A stretch of 64,000 nucleotides of DNA from the human T2T-CHM13v2.0 reference genome, Homo sapiens, in NCBI RefSeq assembly GCF_009914755.1, contig NC_060935.1. One strand, written 5' to 3'. Both the position numbers and the translations under genes were made by a program. The notes under the pieces were generated by a model. That model was not told the origin of the DNA and made no database searches. It was given only the letters and a program-made list of their open reading frames with translations. Below are positions 1-17,107 of the stretch, in pieces; positions within the stretch are counted from its first letter, which is position 1, and every line of letters begins with the position of its first letter.

Positions 1-1640
1 ATAGTCACATGCCAAATATCAGAGATTGTGTCAATCTGCTCCAGTAAATTCACCACATCTGGCACAGCAGCAGCAACGAGGTTAAGTTTACATGGTAAAA
101 TTTACCATACCATCATGCACCATGATCTGTCTGTTTTGGCAGGGGCCAGAGAGGTGAATTGGATGACAATGCCACGGCGCAGCATCACTACATACTTTAG
201 GTTTTTTGTGATGGTCCTAAATCCCTGCAGTTCCCCCTGGTTTATAGTATTGCTTCTGATTTTACCATCTTAGCCAGGAGGTGACAGTTTCAGGGGCTTC
301 CACTTGGTTCTTCCCACTTCATGGCTCTTTTCCCACAAGTCAGAGAATCAAAGCAAAAGTCCTGCCAATTCTGAAGTCTGGCTACTCCAATTACTACAAT
401 AAGGGAGAGGGGAAATGACTATGAGATGAGTCCTTGGATCCAATGGCTCCACTGTGTGATGACCTTGGGCAGGAACTCCATTTATCACCTGGTCTTCTTA
501 GGAAGGCCCCCCACCGTCCGCTGCCAGTATAACCAGGGGATAATCAGGAGTTTCAGATTGCCTGATATCAGGCCCTATATCCAACAATCCCTGAAAGTGT
601 AAGTAATCCTCTCTCTTCAGTGCACAGTTACTCCGGTAGATAGCCACATGTCACCTCAGGAAAGCATCAGGGAAATAATTGCTGCATAAACTGGCAGTGG
701 TATCACAGGATCCTCCCTCAAGGATACTCAACTTCCCTTTTAGTTAATTAGTTAATTAATTAATTAATTAATGGAGTCTGGGTTTGTAAACTGAAACCTA
801 CTACTATGTATACGTCCCTGGTTCCCATTGGTACATATTCATTAGCTCCTGATTTCTTCACTAGTGAGCTCTTTCCTCTTAGAGCAGGAAATACATTTCC
901 TCACATGGGCCATGCTCAGGGCTGACCCTAGCTATTAGCCTTATCGGCTTGGATGTACTGAGGTGGGAACACATACTGAAAATGGCTAATGTCATGTTAC
1001 ATACCTGCTTCAAGTGAGACTTTGTGAATTGGAGGAAGCTCTAGGCAAAGGGGGCATTTCTCATCGAAGGGATAAGGATATCTGCTGATGTAGAGGACTC
1101 AAAAGAATCTGGATGTACAGGATTTTCAGGTTCATCCACCTAAATGTTACCATCTTGGATCTCAAAGTCCCACTCTTTTCCTACCAGGACCCTAATTTGG
1201 ACAAAGCAGGTCTGTGCATTCAGTCTTCTTTGCTGCTCTGCCACTCTTACAATCAGATCCTGAGCCTGATTTTCAGTACAGTCTGCCTTACAGAAAATGA
1301 AAATCTATAAATGCTGCCAGAGACCCTCTGGATTCCACAGCTTGACATGAACCGACAGATGGCTAATCTAAACCTATCACTTTCTTTTTTCAAGGCTCCC
1401 AGGGCCATTTAACTAAAGGAAGCACACTCCATGCTATTCAAGTGCCACAGCCCTGCACAGCCCAATGCCTCATTTTCCATGTGCACCTCATCCCAGGCAA
1501 CCACAGGTGAGAGCCTTGGCAATGTGTGCCATAATCATCACCACTACCAGGAACGGGGCCCTCATTGATGTTTGACTAGTGAGTGATCCAATACCAAAAT
1601 CCCATCCTGGGGCTCTGCTTTCAGAGGTTATTTCTTTTTT
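1..1640 (-). mobile_element. Degenerate ERVL-family internal region (gag-pro-pol relic)
   Basis: Minus-strand peptides KLNLVAAAVPDVVNLLEQIDT and NSPLWPLPK resemble the HERVL reverse-transcriptase N-terminus; frames are broken; ERVL-like 5' leader near 1590-1615. Confidence 0.75.
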
Positions 1641-3728
1641 CCAACTATCTTAGCCCAATGTTCTTAGCAAATCCTGAAACAAAGACTTAACTGCAAGTAC
1701 TTGGTTGGGAAGTGAGAATGAGTGAACAGGACTGAGGGAGAGGGGGAACAAGGAAGGGAAGAGGGGAAAGCCAAGTCAACCTGTGTCATTTGGTTAACCT
1801 CCAAACACCTGCCATTTCAAATCAATAAACATCTTCTGGGTAATAGACAAACTGCAATGCTGAGTATGTCTTAACTGAGAAGCAGGAAACCAAGGCAATT
1901 GCCTGGATTTTAAATTCAGGAGCAAACTTTAGGCAGAGGTGAGAATGTTTGGGAATGATTCTCATTCTTGCCTCAGTTCCTTGAATGTGAGGGGAAGGGG
2001 AAGAAGTCCTGGCCCACTTGTAAGTATGACATTGGTTTCATTTGCAATTCCATACCCAGCCAGCCCTCCAAAACACTATGTACTTTGTTTAAGTAAGGAC
2101 AGGAAATTAACATGGGCAGATGACATGCTGCTCATCTTACAAGTAAAAATACTGGGATCTGAAGATATACAGGTATCTGTTAGAAGTTCCAAAATTCAAA
2201 CTAGAGTCTGCTTCCCTCCGAAGTTCTTGCTTCCCCTAGTAGACTGTGCTGAGAACTTTGTCCTGAGAATCCAGAGTCCATCAACCCCAAACAGGCCCCA
2301 AATTATCCGAAGAATAATTTGGGTGAGGTAAGTGAGGTTCAGAGTCATTTAAGGGAAATTGCCTGTTAAATCAGTGGATTCATCTGAGTCTGAGATCACA
2401 CATGAGCCCAGCAGAACCATATTCTGGCCTCCATGGCCAGGAAGATTTCTTTTTTCAAGAGATTGTTTTCTAAAGTGAAAACACAGCCTTTTTTCTTCTT
2501 CTGTTTCTGTGGGATTTTCCTCTTTGACTGTACAATTTGCTGAAAATATACATTTTGATAAGAGAAATATTTGGACATCTGGGCAGGAGGGAAGTTGTGA
2601 AATCTCTGCCCACCGTCCCAGGAGGGAATGGAAAGTGAGGAGGCAGCTGGACTTCCGGGCTCTGGGATCAAAGTGACTCTGCTTGTCTCCATCAGACCTT
2701 CCTGATGATGCCAGTGTGACCAGCTCTTTCCCTGGATACATGGGCACCCACCTGGCCGGGGAGCCCTCGCGGCAAGAGGGACAGGGAAAAAGACCAAAGC
2801 ACCTATCACGAATGCCATCCTCAAGGTCACAGCCTGCAGGGTCACCGGCCTCAGCCCACTCCCACTGTTAGGAAGGAAATGGCCGCTGGCAGCTTGGGAT
2901 CACCTGGGCTCTGCACACCCTGACCATGAGCAATCATTTTCCACAGGGATCACTGTGGTGTTTGTGCACCAGCCAAAGGGTAGCTGCAGAAAACCCAAGC
3001 ACATCCCCTTCCTCCCGGGTTCCCCAGCCTTGGAGAGGACTCCCAGCACCTCAGGGAAACCACGTGGCTTAGAACCAAAAAATGATGTCCAGGGAGCCCT
3101 GTTCAAGGGATTGGGGCCCTTGGCATCATGGCACGAGGCAAGCCTGGGCCTGAGCAGTGAGAATGTGTTGTCATGACCTCTATAGATCCAGGCAGGCTTC
3201 CTGGAGGAGGTGAGGCCCAGAAGAGCTTTGAGAAACATGAAACATTGGAATAGGTAGGGAGTGGTTAGGGATGCGGGGAGGGCAGTGAACAATGTAAACA
3301 AAGCTAAGGAAGCCCAAGTGGGCCTGTCCAGTTAGCTGAGAGCCGATGGCCTGGGGGCCATATTCTTGGGTGGGTGGGCCACCCACGATTTCTCCATGAG
3401 GTTTTTAAAATTGGTGTTCATTTCAGTGACCATGTCCTCCATGCATCACATCCACATGGAATCATCTGGAATCATCTGGATGCTTCTGATTTCAGGGCTC
3501 AGATTTGCATTTCTCATTCAGTGGACAGGAAAAGAAGATAACCAGGGCAGGGTCTCTGAGCCCTTTCTGCAATGTAGACTTTATGGGAAATTTTTAAATT
3601 CTATGGACCCCTTCTCAGAATAACACTTATCAGTGCAAAACACAAAATATATAGGATTACAAAGGAAGCAAATTACACTGAAATCAGTTAACCAAATATT
3701 CTTAAAAAAAAAAAAAAAAAAAAAAGTG

Positions 3729-4337
<609 letters not shown>

Positions 4338-7300
4338 TTAAAATTAAAATTTTAAAAAAACAAGTGTATCATATGGAAACTGTCCTGCTTTTCCAGCACA
4401 TGCAATAAAGGCAGCAGCAGGTCTTCTCACTTCCATGGCTTCGAAGGGCACACCAGCACAAACAACATTCCGAGATGTCTGCAGCAACCGTATTGTGACT
4501 TGAAAAAATCCACAATTTCTACAAACGACAAAGCCACACGCCCTGCTGCTATGGCTGTGGCTCATGGCCTACCCTCCAGTGCCACCGTGCAGTTAGAGGT
4601 TGGTAAAAATCAAGATGTAACTTTCCCCTGCCCCAAGTTCATGGGCCACAGGTTAGGAGCTCCTGACCTCTTCACATGTTGGGAAATACATGTCTGGCTG
4701 CCGTCATATTAGCAAGTGGTGGTGGCGTGACCACGGTTCCGCACACCTTGGTCCTCAGGGGGAAGTCCTTCACCAGCTGGAAATGGAAAGATGGTTCCTT
4801 GGACAAAGCCTTAATGTGCCACACTGGGGCTTTAGTTTGGCATCTTGAAAATGGTGCCCTGTCTTAGTGTCTTGTAATACCGAATCCCTTTCACAGACAG
4901 GGGCTAACAGTGGTGAACTTGATACACAGACAGCATCTTTGTTCCACGCAAAGGATACGCAAGGAATGAGACATACCACCTCCCTCAAACAGGTCCACGT
5001 TTTACTCCTTAAGGGAGTGTGATGGTTTCAGGTGGGCTAGGGAAGAGGCAGCCAGCCCTAGCTGGGAGCCTGGCTCTCCAATGCAGAGCCTCCCACCTCC
5101 ACCCCAGCAAGGAAATCCAACCCAGCCCACGGCAGGATGCAGGAAGGTGCTCTCAGGTCAGTGCCTGACCCAGGGTGCTGGGCCACAGTGGCAGAGGATA
5201 CAGAAGAGACAGGAGCAGGGCAGGGGACAGTAGAAGGGCCCCCGAGCAAGGTGAGAGCACGGCAGGCACAAATCTGACCCTCTGAGGTCTCAGGCAGGGG
5301 CACGAGAGGACCTCAGGAATGGACCTCCTTCTCTACCTCGAAACGTTCGAAGCTGCGAACACCATAAGATAGGACAAAAAAAAAAAAAAAGCAGCTTCGG
5401 GTGTCTGTGCTCCCCCACCACACACACCCTCAAACAATTTTTTCTTTTAAAAAAGCCATTTTTGACTGCACCTCTTCCGAAGCGCAGGGAGAGGGCTGGC
5501 AGCAGGCCTGCCCATCTACACACGGAAACTTTGCAGAGGAGGGAATGCTGCCTGTGGTCCGCTGACCAAAACAAGCCCATTTGCAAATTGGCAGGTGGAA
5601 TTCGCCCTGTGAAGATAAAGGGCTTGATTGGGGAATGTTTAAAAAAGTGATTTAAATGTTTTTATGGAGTGAAAAAACAAGAGAGGGGAAAAAATTAAGT
5701 TAATAAAAATTTTACTGAATTAAGATAGAAACGATGGCAGTATTTTACCACAGCCGCTTCCATTGAGGTTTTTAAAACAGACTTTTATGAGTTACTTTTT
5801 TTCTTTTTTTTTCTTTTTAAACCTTGCTCAGTGAAAAGCCTTCTAAATTACTGCTGACCACATTATTTTCAATTCCTGAGCCATGATTTTTCCCTGCGCT
5901 GAGGGAGGCTCCATCTCCCAATTTACAGATGGGCAGGCCCGTTGCCCTACTGGCGGCTTCTGCAATTTGACTCTGAGATTTGTTAATGAGTCTGGCGTTT
6001 AATGTTAAAGCCATTTAATGGTAACCAAACTCCTCAGGGATCCCACAGGGCTTTGATGGAAGCCCCAATCCTGTTGGCCCCTGCTAATTGCTCCGAGGCC
6101 TGGCTCCCCAGTTCTCCCCTACCCATAACCCCCCCACCGAAAAAAAGTGGATATGGAGTGAGGATGTTGTAACGAGGAGACCTTTGAGACTAGAAGGAGT
6201 GGTGGCTCAAGAGAAAGATGGTGTATATATTGCAAATCCACCCAGGAATGTCATCAACAGGCAAGAGACTATGAGGATGGGGCTTCTCAGATGTCATACT
6301 GGAAACATTTGGTAAATTTTGGAGTAAGGAGCCAAGACTTACCTGGTGCCAAACCCCAAAGGCTTGATTCACCAATGTGACCGGACGCTAGTGAGGACCC
6401 ATGTGTGCCAAGGCACAATTACTGCCCAAGAAACCCCTGAACCAAGGGGTCCTGGATGCTAGCAGGGCCCTAGAAACAGACCCAGAAGTGACACAGCCTC
6501 CACCTCCGGCCCCCATCCTGCATGCCCTGGGCCAGGCAACCGCACTGGAAGGCTGCATCTGCTGAGAGGCTGGGCCATGCAGGGGCCAGAGAGGCCTCTG
6601 GGAGCCTGGACTCTGGACCAGGGGCCTGTGATGAGCACTCATAGGAGCTGCCAGCATAGCCCTGCGGCCCGACACAGTAAACAGCACCAGACTCTCAGCT
6701 CCAGCCAAGGGGCCCAGCTGAAATGAAGTTGCGGGGTGTCAGTCCCAGACTTTGGGGTCCTCAAATTGACTCCCACCTGCCTTGGGTGTAACAGGCACAA
6801 GTCAAGGACTGGGAAAGTGCTTGTCTTCACCTCCCCCGGGTCAGGAACCAGCGCCTGCGTCATCCCCAGCCTGCCCTCCTGCAGGCAGCCCCCAGGAGGC
6901 AGAACCTCTGCCGCATCTTCTGCCCTGGGCCATGGCACAAGCCCCAGCATGTATTTGAGTAGGGGGCTCTGAAGCATGAAACAAGAGCTGGTCCTGCAGA
7001 AGCCCCTGGGCGGGGAGGAGCCTGCAAATGTGACCAGGGCCGTCTCACGCTTCCCGTAAGAGGTGGATAAACCCGCAGGCAAGGTTTCCACGGCAGGCTT
7101 TCCTGCTCCCAAAGAATGCCAATATTAGTGGGGTTTATTCTCTCTCATGCCTTTGGCAGACACATTGGAGAGCTCCGAGATGTAAAATGCATTCTTGAAG
7201 CAGAGTTGAGGGTGGACGCTGACTGCTGAGGGCTGGCTGGAGAGGCCCAGGAACCGCCTTCCTGCCTCTGGTAAACCCATCCTCCAAACTGCCCCACCTG

Positions 7301-7821
7301 CTTCCCCACCTGGTCACGCAGCTCTCTAACCTGAACATCTCCAGTGCATCCTGCTGACAGATGGACGGAGCCCAGCCCGGAGGCCCCCACACAGGCCCGG
7401 CCGACGCTTCCCACCATCTCTCCTGACTCTTGCCACAGACACTCCTGGAACCCCCCAGCTGCCCTCCAACCATCCTTGCCAGGCCTCATAGTCTTTCTAA
7501 ATCAAATTCAATTTAACTTTGAGCCCAAAGAGGCAAGAAATGCCATTTTGGAACTAATAATCTAGGTAAGGGGGTCACCCTGGCAACACACACAAAGCCC
7601 TTCGTAAAACGCCTGGTGCATCCTAAGCGCTCGAGGTGTTGATCCACTCGACAAACTGGCAGAGAGCCACTTCCGTGAGCACCTGCAGGGTGCACAGCTG
7701 AGCCCAAACCCAGGCCCTGCCTCACAGGGTGCACGGTCTACTGCAAGGATTTACACAATAAATACCATACATTACAGAGCATGCTGGGAAAGCAATGCAT
7801 ACCACAGAGCAAAAGAAAATG

Positions 7822-8138
<317 letters not shown>

Positions 8139-8179
8139 ATGGCAAGGGGGTGGGGTGCACTGGGCAGGGGGTACCCTGT

Positions 8180-9330
8180 AGCATCAGATGGGATGGATGG
8201 GGACAGCCACATCCAGAGCACAGCATTTGAAGAGTTCAAGCCCAGGAGGACGCCAGCCTTGCAGCTAGCTAGGGAAAGAGCATTCCGGGTCAAGGGAGTA
8301 GCCAGTGCAAGGGCCCTGAGGCAGGAGTGTGCCTGATGCATCAGAGGCTCAGCAGAGAAGCTGGCCGGGCTCAGCAGGGTGAGTGTGGGGGAAACTGTAG
8401 GGGCAGAGGCCAGAGAGAGTGGGGAGGACCCACTGAGGGTGGGGAGAAATGGTGCAGGACCTCAGGGCAGCAGAAGGAATTGATCTTTTCTCTGAGTGAA
8501 ACAGAGAATGTCCTGGGGGACGAGGGGCACTGGGACCAGCCACAGATGTCCCAGCTCTGTCTCATGTCAGACACAGGATAGATTGCACTATCCTCCCCAC
8601 TCAAAGGCCAACAAAATGTCGCAAGGGTGATGTCCCTTGAGTAGACACTTTCAGAGCCAGGACAGCTCAGCCACGCCCTCTCTTCCTCTGGCATGGTGAC
8701 CAGCTGGCGCCCAGGGCCCCGAGCCCCCTGGCACACAGTGGGTGCCCAGCACGAAGGAGAACAGAGCCTTTGTTGTTTCCAGCCACTGAGATGGGGTTTT
8801 TTGTTACTGCAGCGAAACCAGCCTGACTCTGATATGGGGGCGGAGACAGAGGGACAGCTAGGGGACTATAGCGATAATCCCAGTGACAGACAACGCAGCT
8901 GAGGCCAGAAAAGGAGCAGAAGAGGTGCTGAGAAGCAGTCGGGGTTAGGAATATTCTGAAGGGAAAGCTGGGAGGGGGTGGGTATGGGGTGTGAGGGGAA
9001 AAGGTGAGTCAGGGATGACTGCAAGGTTTGGGCTTGAACAACTAGAGAAATGGAGTCTCCACCAGCTGAGATTGGGAGGGGATCAGGGGTTCAGTTGTGA
9101 ACACGTTTGGTACGTCTCATTAACCTGAAGCCTGAAATATTCACGAGGTGGCAGGGGCAGGTGTCCCATGAATGAATGTGGGGACCAGGGGAGGTTTCCA
9201 GGTGGGAGACATCAACGTGGGGGTGGGTGGTCAGTATCGAGATGGGACTTAAATCCCTGAGCTGAATGAGATCACTGAGGGAATGCATGTCCACAGAAGA
9301 AAGGCCAGGTTCAAGGACAATCCTGGGATT
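8180..9330 (-). mobile_element. Old L2-like fragments with a small MaLR piece (~8740-8830)
   Basis: Purine-rich L2-like phrases such as ggagtcagggatgactgcaaggtttgggcttgaacaact; diverged. Confidence 0.5.
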
Positions 9331-9719
9331 CCAGAAAGTTAGCATCATCTGGGTCACACAAGCATTTGGTAAGTTACATGGTTCCACGGTGGGAGAGAGG
9401 ACGCTGGTCTTTGGTCCATCTGGGCTGCCCAGGAGTGGCTCTCGTTGGCCACGTGAAGGTGGGCTCCATCCTGCTATGCCAGGATGCACAGGGATCCTAA
9501 GAAGTGAGCCCCACCCCAAAACTGTCTCCTTCTCTCTCCCCTACTTCTCAGAGACCTGCTACTTTCCTGGGTGCTCTGGAGGAACACCGCAAGGGTCTTT
9601 CCCACTCTTGGAATGTCCCCTCTTTTAAATAGAGCCTCCATCTTGTCTGCCAGGTCTGGCCACATTTAGTTAGGCCACTCCTTCCCAGGCCCTGTTGCAA
9701 ACCCTAGAGCTTCCTCTAA

Positions 9720-10065
<346 letters not shown>

Positions 10066-10507
10066 AGAAAAGTGTCTTAACCCTTCCCTGGGGCCAGAGC
10101 AGCTTGGTCCTCTTATCTCTCTTATCTCAAGGTATCACTTGCCCTCTGGAAGGAGAAGTAGGAAACAGAAAAAAAAAAAAATAGCTCTCGTTTTCTTTGG
10201 ATTCTTCTAGAACAGCAAAGAACACAGAATATTATCACAGTATATTAACCTTCTACACATGTTTATCAACTTAGTTCAAACCATGAAAAATTAGTATCCT
10301 TCAAGGAACAAATAATCCTTCCACTAAATCAACTATTAGAAATATATATAAAATGGGGGACACAATGGGAGTATGACACGATTAGAGTTTTGAATCAAAC
10401 TAAGAACAGTGAAGCTTTAAAGATTAGTCATGAACATGGACCTTGGCTATCCTAACACAAATAAGAAAACTAGCCAAATCCAGAGGAGTCTGGGGTTTAA
10501 TGAACAG

Positions 10508-10864
10508 TGCATTAGTCCATTCTCACACTGCTATGAAGAAATACCAAAGAGTGGGTCATTTATAAAGAAAAGAGGTTTAATTGACTCACAGTTCTGCATG
10601 GCTGGGGAGGCCTAAGGAAACTTACAATCATGGCAAAAGAAACCTCTTCACAGGGCAGCAGGAGAGAGAATGAGTGCTGAGTGGAAGAAGAAATCCCTGA
10701 TAAAACCATCAGATCTCACAAGAAGTCACTCGCTCTCATGAGAACAGCATGGTGGAAACCACCTCTATGATCCAATTATCTCCACCTGGCCCCACCCTTG
10801 ACATGTGGAGATTATTACAATTCAAGGTGAGAGTTGGGTGGGGGCACAGAGCTAAACTATATCA
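10508..10864 (-). mobile_element. THE1/MST (MaLR) solo LTR
   Basis: TG...CA termini, consensus-like body, 5-bp TSD AACAG at 10503-10507 and 10865-10869. Confidence 0.9.
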
Positions 10865-10984
10865 AACAGTAATATATCAGTGTTGGTTTCTTAGCTTTGG
10901 CAAATGTACTGTGGTTATGTGAGATGTTAACAATAGGAGAAACCAGGTGAGAGGTATATGGGAACTCTGTACTATCAAAAATTA

Positions 10985-11314
<330 letters not shown>

Positions 11315-11579
11315 TTATCTTAAAATTCCAAATACAGGCAGAGACTCTTGCCAGTTAAAAAAAAAAAGGGGGTCTATAGCAACCAAGAAGAGTTTATCCC
11401 AAGACTATATCGGTGGCATTCAAGCAGGAAAATGATTTACATGATTTATCATATTAGCATGAGAAATAGCAAGGTCCATTTAATTATCTCAATAAATATC
11501 AAGGAGGCATTTGAAAAAAAGTCACTACAAATTTGTGGGACAGGTTTTATTCTAAATATGATAAAGATTATGGAATTTT

Positions 11580-11878
11580 ATTTTTTATTTTTTGAGACAG
11601 GGTCTTGCTCTGTCACTCAGGCTGGAGTGCAGTGGCACAATCTTGGCTCACTGCAGCCTCTACCTCCCCAGGCTCAGGCAATCTTCCCACCTCAAGTCTC
11701 ATGAGTAGCTGGGACTACAGGTGCACTCTACCACAGTCGGCTAAGTGTTTGCATTTTGTGTAGAGACAGGTTTTTGCCATGTTGCCCAAGCTGTTCTTAA
11801 ACTCCTGGGCTTAAGCAATCCTCCCTCCTCAGCCTGCTAAAATGCTGAGATTACAGGCATGAGCCACTGCACCTGGCC
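11580..11878 (-). mobile_element. Alu (J-like)
   Basis: Reverse Alu consensus. Confidence 0.9.
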
Positions 11879-11902
11879 AAGATTATGGATTTAAAACCAA
11901 AA

Positions 11903-12082
11903 GCCACCAGGCACAGTGGTGTGTGCCTGTAGTCCCAGCTACTCAGAAGGCTGAGGCAGGGAGATGAACTAAGCTTAGGAATTCAAGGCTGCACAGTGAG
12001 CTATGATCATGCATGTAGACAGCTACTGCAGTCCAGCCTGGGCAGCATAGCAAAACCCTAGCTCTTTAAAAAAAAAAAAAAG
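11903..12082 (+). mobile_element. Alu monomer (FRAM/right-arm-like)
   Basis: Single arm plus poly(A). Confidence 0.8.
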
Positions 12083-12676
12083 GCCAATTATTGCTTAAGG
12101 AATAGAAAGTCATTAGCACTAAAAATCTGGACATGCTCTCGCTTGTCTGGTTACCACTCCTATTTTAATATAAAACTAAATTAAAACTAGAAACACTGGC
12201 AAAAGCTATCAATAAGAAAAAGAAATAACATGTAAATATAAGAATAGAAGACATTAAAATGTGAATTGTCTTTTAGCCATGATTATAAACCTAGGAAAGC
12301 AACCAAAAGTACCAGTAAATTACTTCCAGAAGATACATAAGAAGACATTTAATCAAGTGCATCTTACATGAATATAATGCAACTAGAAAATGCATGTAAA
12401 ATAAAAGAGAATTCAAGAGCAATTTAAAAATCAAATAATTGTATATCCATTTAATTGGCGACATAAGATGCTTACCCAAAGGGCATTGTGAGACCCTAAT
12501 AGGAGAAATAAAGGAAGATAAATAAAAAACAGAATTTTTCCCGCTCCTGTTAGGAAGAAGCAGCATAATAAAGATGAAAAATTTATCCCTGCCAGCTGGC
12601 AAGAGACAACTCTTAAATATTCAGAAAATTTGCCAGCCATTTGTTAAGTCATGTATAGCTTGAAAGTGGCCACAGT

Positions 12677-13109
<433 letters not shown>

Positions 13110-13249
13110 TCAACAAATGCACCAATCAGGGCTTTTCTTTCCAGAGAGCTGTTTTTCCTACACACCATTTAGTAAAGGCCAAATGATTTTTCACTGTTAC
13201 TTTTAGGAATGTAATGAATTGATTGAGAAATCCCCAAATTCCTCTTTTT

Positions 13250-13572
<323 letters not shown>

Positions 13573-13877
13573 TAAAATTGTTCTAGCTTTATTGAGGTAT
13601 CATTGACATGAAGCTAATTAACATATCCATCCCCTCACAGAGTTAACCATTTTGTCTTTTGCGGTGAGAACATTTAAGATCTCTCTTAGCAATTGTCAAG
13701 TATGTGATACATTATTACTAACTCTAGTCACCATGTGGTACAAGAGAGATCCAGAATTTACTCATCCTGGGGAAAAAATTTAATTTGTTATATTTAAACA
13801 TTGAGAGAAGTCTGAAAAGATCTACAAAAAATATTACCGATACTGTCTGAGTAGCGAGATTTCAGGTGCTTTTTTCC

Positions 13878-13879
13878 TT

Positions 13880-13918
<39 letters not shown>

Positions 13919-14217
13919 TTCATTTATTCATTTTTGAGACAGAGTCTCGCTCTTGTCACCCAGGCTGGAATGCAATGACATGATCTTGGCTCACTGCAAC
14001 CTCTGCCTTCTGGGCTCCAGCAATTCCCTGCCTCAGCCTCCTGAGTAACTGGGACTACAGGTGCCGGCCACCAAGCCCAGCTATTTTTTGTAATTTTAGT
14101 AGAGTTGGGGTTTCACTATGTTGGCCAGGCTGGTCTCAAACTCCTGACTTCAGGTGATCTGCCCGCCTCAGCCTCCCAAAGTGCTGGGATTACAGGCGTG
14201 AACCACCACACCTGGAC
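13878..14217 (-). mobile_element. Alu with (TTTA)n tail
   Basis: Reverse Alu consensus. Confidence 0.95.
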
Positions 14218-14448
14218 CCCTTATTTTTAATTATTTTTATTTTTTCTATAATAAACATGTATTATTTGTGTGATGAGAAAACATTCTTTTTATTTTTTTT
14301 ATTTATTTTAACAAGCTAGAAGAAAATAAAATCACATTTTTTGCCCATCTGTGTAAAGGAAACAAACTCTGACTAAAGAAACGGAAACATCTTATTAGAG
14401 ACAAGATGGGGGTCTGTTGAGCATCTTTAAAAAGTTGTGAACTCCTAG

Positions 14449-14753
<305 letters not shown>

Positions 14754-15502
14754 AAAAGTTGTGAACTCCTTACAGAATCATAGGCACAATAAAACACAAT
14801 TAGAACAACAGCATTGGAAAATGTGTAATAAATGTAAGTAAAAAGGTAACTGTCCAGATATATGAAGTATTGCTGTGAAATATGCAAGCTCAAGATCCAG
14901 TTTCAAGTTAATGAGTGATCAGAGAAGAAAAAAATGCAATTTATACACCAGGAAAAATTTGGACAACAAAGCATCCCATGAAAAAAATGCAGAGCGTCAC
15001 TAGCAATTCAAGAAAATACAACTCAAAACAATACGAAAATCGTTAGACACCTGCGAACCAGCTGAAGGAAGCAAAACCTGTGTTGTGAGGACTAAAGGGA
15101 AACAGGTTTCCACATTGTTTGAGGTGCCTGCTATAATTTGGTTTTGTTTCTCGAGAATATTCTGACAGCCCTTCTTGGCTCTTGAGGAAAAAAAAAGACA
15201 AACTATTTATACCTTTTTGTATCACTTTGGAAAATATGTTCTGGGCAGCATCTTCCAAGTAATATTTCTGGAATACTTCCAAAGGATGTTGATAGATATT
15301 ATATAGAAAGAGTATTGTGATTGCAAACACAGATATTTCTATATTTCAGGACTTGTCAGTGCCTTTTACCTGCTAATGTGCATTGTGGATCTCCAAAACT
15401 ATGTACCATTTACTCAATTAATTTGACCCCAGAATCTTTGTCATGGTAACTTTATTAACAGCTCACAGAGCATTAGGCTGCTGGCAATCAGACTGAGAAT
15501 AA

Positions 15503-15824
<322 letters not shown>

Positions 15825-16725
15825 AAGAAAGGCATTTTGTATTAAGATGTTATTGGTATAAGTAAAATCTCTGAAACAACCTGGATTTTTGCCAGCCGAG
15901 GAAAGTTTATCCAATTCATCTGCATTTAGTAACAGTCCTTTGAGTGTAAGTTCTCTCTTGTTTGACAGTTAGATAAGCAGGCTTTGTAGACTTCTTACTT
16001 AAGTCACTGAGCAGAGAGTTGAACAGTAACAGAGAGCCCTGTGGCTTGTCACTAGAGACCCATTTCCTTGGCGGCCACTGCTCAATGGTCCCTGTTTAAT
16101 TGGGAAAACCCACCGAACTCCATTATCATCTAGCCCAGAGATGCTATCAAGAATCACATGCCCGAAGTCAAACCGGAAAGTATATTTAGTGCTGGATGTT
16201 TGTGTATCTTTGCTAACCTTTAGAAAGAGGAAGAAGCTGGAGCTTGGTTTCCCATCAATGGTATCAGCTCAGCTAACTGACCCCTGCTTCGATCTTAAAG
16301 TTAGGACAAGGAATTTGCGCTGTATAAACTCCTTCATGTCTTATTCATTCTTACATTCTGTTGGTTTGGTTGCCTTCAATTTCCTAGGACGCATTTCTGT
16401 TTCAAAGTTTCCAGTCTCCTCCCAGCCAAATGGAGGGGCAGCAGGAATTCAGCCCATATTGGTCACAACGGGTTGGGAGGAGTTGAACCAAAGAAATATC
16501 GTATAAAATCAGAGCCTCAAAGACTCCACGGACACCAACGTGTAGCATACGCTCGCAAAGACACTGTGCTGAATGCGAGCCCAGGTGTACCCTGCAGGAG
16601 CAGAGAGGGGGTAGGAAGCCTCGGCTGTGGATATTATTTATCCCTCCCCTACCCCACCCCACTACTCCATCCCTCCCTCCCTCACGCTATCCTGCTTCCA
16701 CCCCACCCCTCCTGATTTTCCACAT

Positions 16726-16757
<32 letters not shown>

Positions 16758-16788
16758 AACACGTGCACACACACAGACACACACACAC
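16726..16788. repeat. (TC)n(CA)n compound microsatellite
   Basis: Direct reading. Confidence 0.9.
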
Positions 16789-17107
16789 AGAGTTTGTCTT
16801 CTCAGTAGCCTTCTGATCTCGGTGATTTAGGAATCCAGAAAAATGCACAAAAGCAGTCATTAGCCAAAAAGAACCCATGTGTTCCTGGTAACATTCAAAT
16901 GACCCTGGTACTCAGGAAGGTTTCTTGGGGCCATCACCCTACCTGGAATGGCCATCACTCTTCAAGCCCAAAACATGTTTTTAAACACTTCTGTCCATTC
17001 ATTCCTTCATTCCTTGGTCCAACACATCTGTGCAAAGCTCCTACAGTGGACAGTACCCCAGGACACACGTGGTTTCCCTCCTGCCTCAAAACATTTATAG
17101 TCTAGGG

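Larger units (their letters stand above)
11340..12650 (+). mobile_element. Decayed L1 ORF2 fragments interrupted by Alus
   Basis: A-rich L1-like sequence; ORF-track peptide fragment [14 protein letters not shown] resembles L1 RT HMIISIDAEKAFDK. Confidence 0.6.

Noticed and set aside
6011-6021. CCATTTAATGG as an SRF CArG box
   Set aside because: Seven W bases between CC and GG instead of six
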